From the IMG/VR virus record IMGVR_UViG_3300048032_000309, positions 1 to 26,042 of that record: a stretch of DNA of 26,042 nucleotides; one strand, 5' to 3'. The stretch comes from a virus (taxonomy: Duplodnaviria; Caudoviricetes). Position numbers and translations under genes: made by a program. Each line of letters starts with the position of its first letter. The stretch's first letter is position 1. The notes under the pieces are model-generated. The model saw nothing but the letters and a program-made list of their open reading frames with translations, had not been told where the DNA came from and made no database searches. Of the stretch, positions 24,324 through 26,042 are shown in pieces.

Positions 24324-25220
24324 ATGGCTCGCAGAGTACAAAAATATTTAAACAATAAAGATATGCTGAAACAAATACATATCTCTAAATCTAATTTTTC
24401 TTGGTTTGAAGACCGTGAAAAGCATCATCAGTTTGATGTTATTATTGATAACGTTTCTGGAGAACTAGACGTTGCGGCTGAAATCCGTGAACTAGAAGCA
24501 ACAGCACGTGAAAACCGTGCAAATCGTATTCAAAAAGAAGCATGGGATTTGAACACAGATAAGAAAATGAAACAGGCAAACTTTGCAGTTGATCATGATT
24601 CATTTGCACAAGATGAACTAGTATTTCGTGTTATGACATTCGAACATATCCCAGATGAACCTGGACGTAAAGCAAACCCGAAAACAGTAGCAGATCATAA
24701 AGTTAAACTTCCGTTTCCTCCATTCAAACATTATGTCATTGATGGAAATGATATTCGTGAAGTTGGTATCTCGCACCATAATACAAAAACAAAAGAGTTT
24801 GATATCGTTACTGGTCGTGTAACAGCAACACTTGCTAACATGTATATCAAACTAGTAGAACGTTATTCGCAACGTGCTAACTGGCGTGGGTACACATACA
24901 TTGACGAAATGCGCGGACAAGCATTATTACAGTTGACCCAGATCGGTCTACAGTTCAATGAAGCTAAGTCAGATAACCCATTCGCTTATTACACAGCGGC
25001 AGTTAATAACTCATTCACTAGAGTACTAAACATTGAAAAGAAAAATCAAGGTATTCGTGATGACTTGCTAGAGAATAGCGGACAAGCTCCGTCATGGACA
25101 CGTCAACTTGAGCATGAAATGAAATCAAGTGAGCGTTGGCAAAAAGTTATCAAGACTAAAATTACAGACGCTTCAATTCCAACTGAAACAATCAAAGAGA
25201 TTTATGCAGACGATGACTAA
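24324..25220 (+). CDS. gp55: Late-transcription sigma factor, T4 gp55-like (298 aa)
   Basis: 'YLNNKDML' N-terminus and 'NWRGYTYIDEMRGQALLQL...FNEAKSDNPFAYYTAAVNNSFTRVLNIEKK' match the gp55 core (NPFAY.T...N.F...I..EKK). Lies directly upstream of a gp47-like gene, as in many T4-like phages. Confidence 0.82.
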   Translation: MARRVQKYLNNKDMLKQIHISKSNFSWFEDREKHHQFDVIIDNVSGELDVAAEIRELEATARENRANRIQKEAWDLNTDKKMKQANFAVDHDSFAQDELVFRVMTFEHIPDEPGRKANPKTVADHKVKLPFPPFKHYVIDGNDIREVGISHHNTKTKEFDIVTGRVTATLANMYIKLVERYSQRANWRGYTYIDEMRGQALLQLTQIGLQFNEAKSDNPFAYYTAAVNNSFTRVLNIEKKNQGIRDDLLENSGQAPSWTRQLEHEMKSSERWQKVIKTKITDASIPTETIKEIYADDD

Positions 25221-26042
25221 TCTATTCAACAAACTTGCGTTCTTTACAGATATACATTACGGTATGAGAAACAATGCGCGACTTCACAATGAAGATTGTG
25301 GCGCATTTGTGGACTGGTTCATTGAACAAGCTAAAGCTAAAGGATGCGAAACATGTATCTTTGGTGGAGACTGGCACCATAATCGAGCAAGTTTGAATAT
25401 TTCTACTATGAAATATAGTCTTGAAGGTCTACGAAAACTAAGTAAAGCATTTGATAAAGTGTATATGATTAAAGGCAATCACGATTTATTTTATCGTGAA
25501 AGCCGTGAGATTAGTAGTATCGAATTTGCTAAAGAATTTGATAATATAATTCTTGTGGAAGATACAATGATTGAAGGTGATGTTGCACTTGTCAGTTGGC
25601 TAGTAGGCGATGAATGGAAGAAAGTTCCAAAGATCAAATCAAAGTATATGTTTGGTCATTACGAACTTCCTACATTCAAACTTAATGCTATGGTAGAAAT
25701 GCCAGATCACGGTGGTCTTAAAATGAATATGTTTAAACACCAAGACTATGTGTTTACTGGACATTTTCATACTAGACAAGTCAAAGGAAACGTTATCTAC
25801 ACCGGTAACGCATTCCCACACAACTTTTCAGATGCGTGGGACGATGAACGAGGCTGGATGTATCTAGAGTGGGACAAAGAACCTGAATTCTTTGCTTGGC
25901 CAGATGCTCCTAAATATAAAACTATCAGACTATCTCAGTTACTAGATGATCCAGCTAAGTTCTTGTTGCCTAAAACAACAGCAAAGATTTCATTAGATAT
26001 TGATATCTCATACGAAGAAGCAAACTTCATCAAAGATACATT
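25213..26042 (+). CDS. gp47: Recombination endonuclease subunit, gp47/Mre11/SbcD-like metallophosphoesterase (3'-truncated by the window)
   Basis: Not in the ORF track. From ATG 25213: MTNLFNKLAFFTDIHYG...IFGGDWHHNR...IKGNHD...FGHYE...FTGHFH...YTGNAFPHNFSDAWDDERG. Contains the DxH, GD, GNHD, GH and GHFH phosphoesterase motifs and overlaps the gp55 stop by 8 nt. Confidence 0.92.
   Translation, partial: MTNLFNKLAFFTDIHYGMRNNARLHNEDCGAFVDWFIEQAKAKGCETCIFGGDWHHNRASLNISTMKYSLEGLRKLSKAFDKVYMIKGNHDLFYRESREISSIEFAKEFDNIILVEDTMIEGDVALVSWLVGDEWKKVPKIKSKYMFGHYELPTFKLNAMVEMPDHGGLKMNMFKHQDYVFTGHFHTRQVKGNVIYTGNAFPHNFSDAWDDERGWMYLEWDKEPEFFAWPDAPKYKTIRLSQLLDDPAKFLLPKTTAKISLDIDISYEEANFIKDT

Noticed and set aside
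18218-25821. Short alternative-frame or antisense ORFs within gp5, hub, gp53 and gp47 (e.g. 18295..18639, 20348..20662, 25284..25478, 25639..25821)
   Set aside because: They fully overlap well-supported genes. The last two lie antisense to the gp47-like frame that the ORF track missed.
1-26042. Possible stop-codon reassignment, since none of the called genes ends in TAG
   Set aside because: All long genes, up to 2956 aa, are intact under the standard code, with no in-frame TAG or TGA interruptions. TAA preference is expected in AT-rich DNA.
1-26042. tRNA, rRNA, CRISPR array, intron/intein or IS element
   Set aside because: Intergenic gaps are all under about 115 bp, and I saw no repeat-spacer pattern, cloverleaf, homing-endonuclease, intein or transposase motifs by eye.

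Overview
AT-rich, densely coding segment of a large (probably jumbo) T4-superfamily-related myovirus genome. Most of the minus strand is a late baseplate/tail module. Read right to left it holds a tube-initiator-like gene, gp53/LysM-like wedge, large hub-like protein, gp5-like spike with a C-terminal M15-type peptidase, degenerate lysozyme-like protein, gp25, gp6-like wedge (1412 aa), a 2956-aa wedge/structural protein and three smaller virion proteins. A plus-strand three-gene island (SGNH-like protein, acidic coiled-coil protein, divergent ClpP) interrupts this module between the lysozyme-like gene and gp25. At the right end a perfect sigma70 promoter drives a T4 gp55-like late sigma factor, followed by a gp47/Mre11-like nuclease cut by the window edge. 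A GATAAATA motif (T4 late-promoter variant) lies upstream of three structural transcription units, twice with a longer shared upstream element. All family assignments come from motif recognition by eye; no database searches were run.
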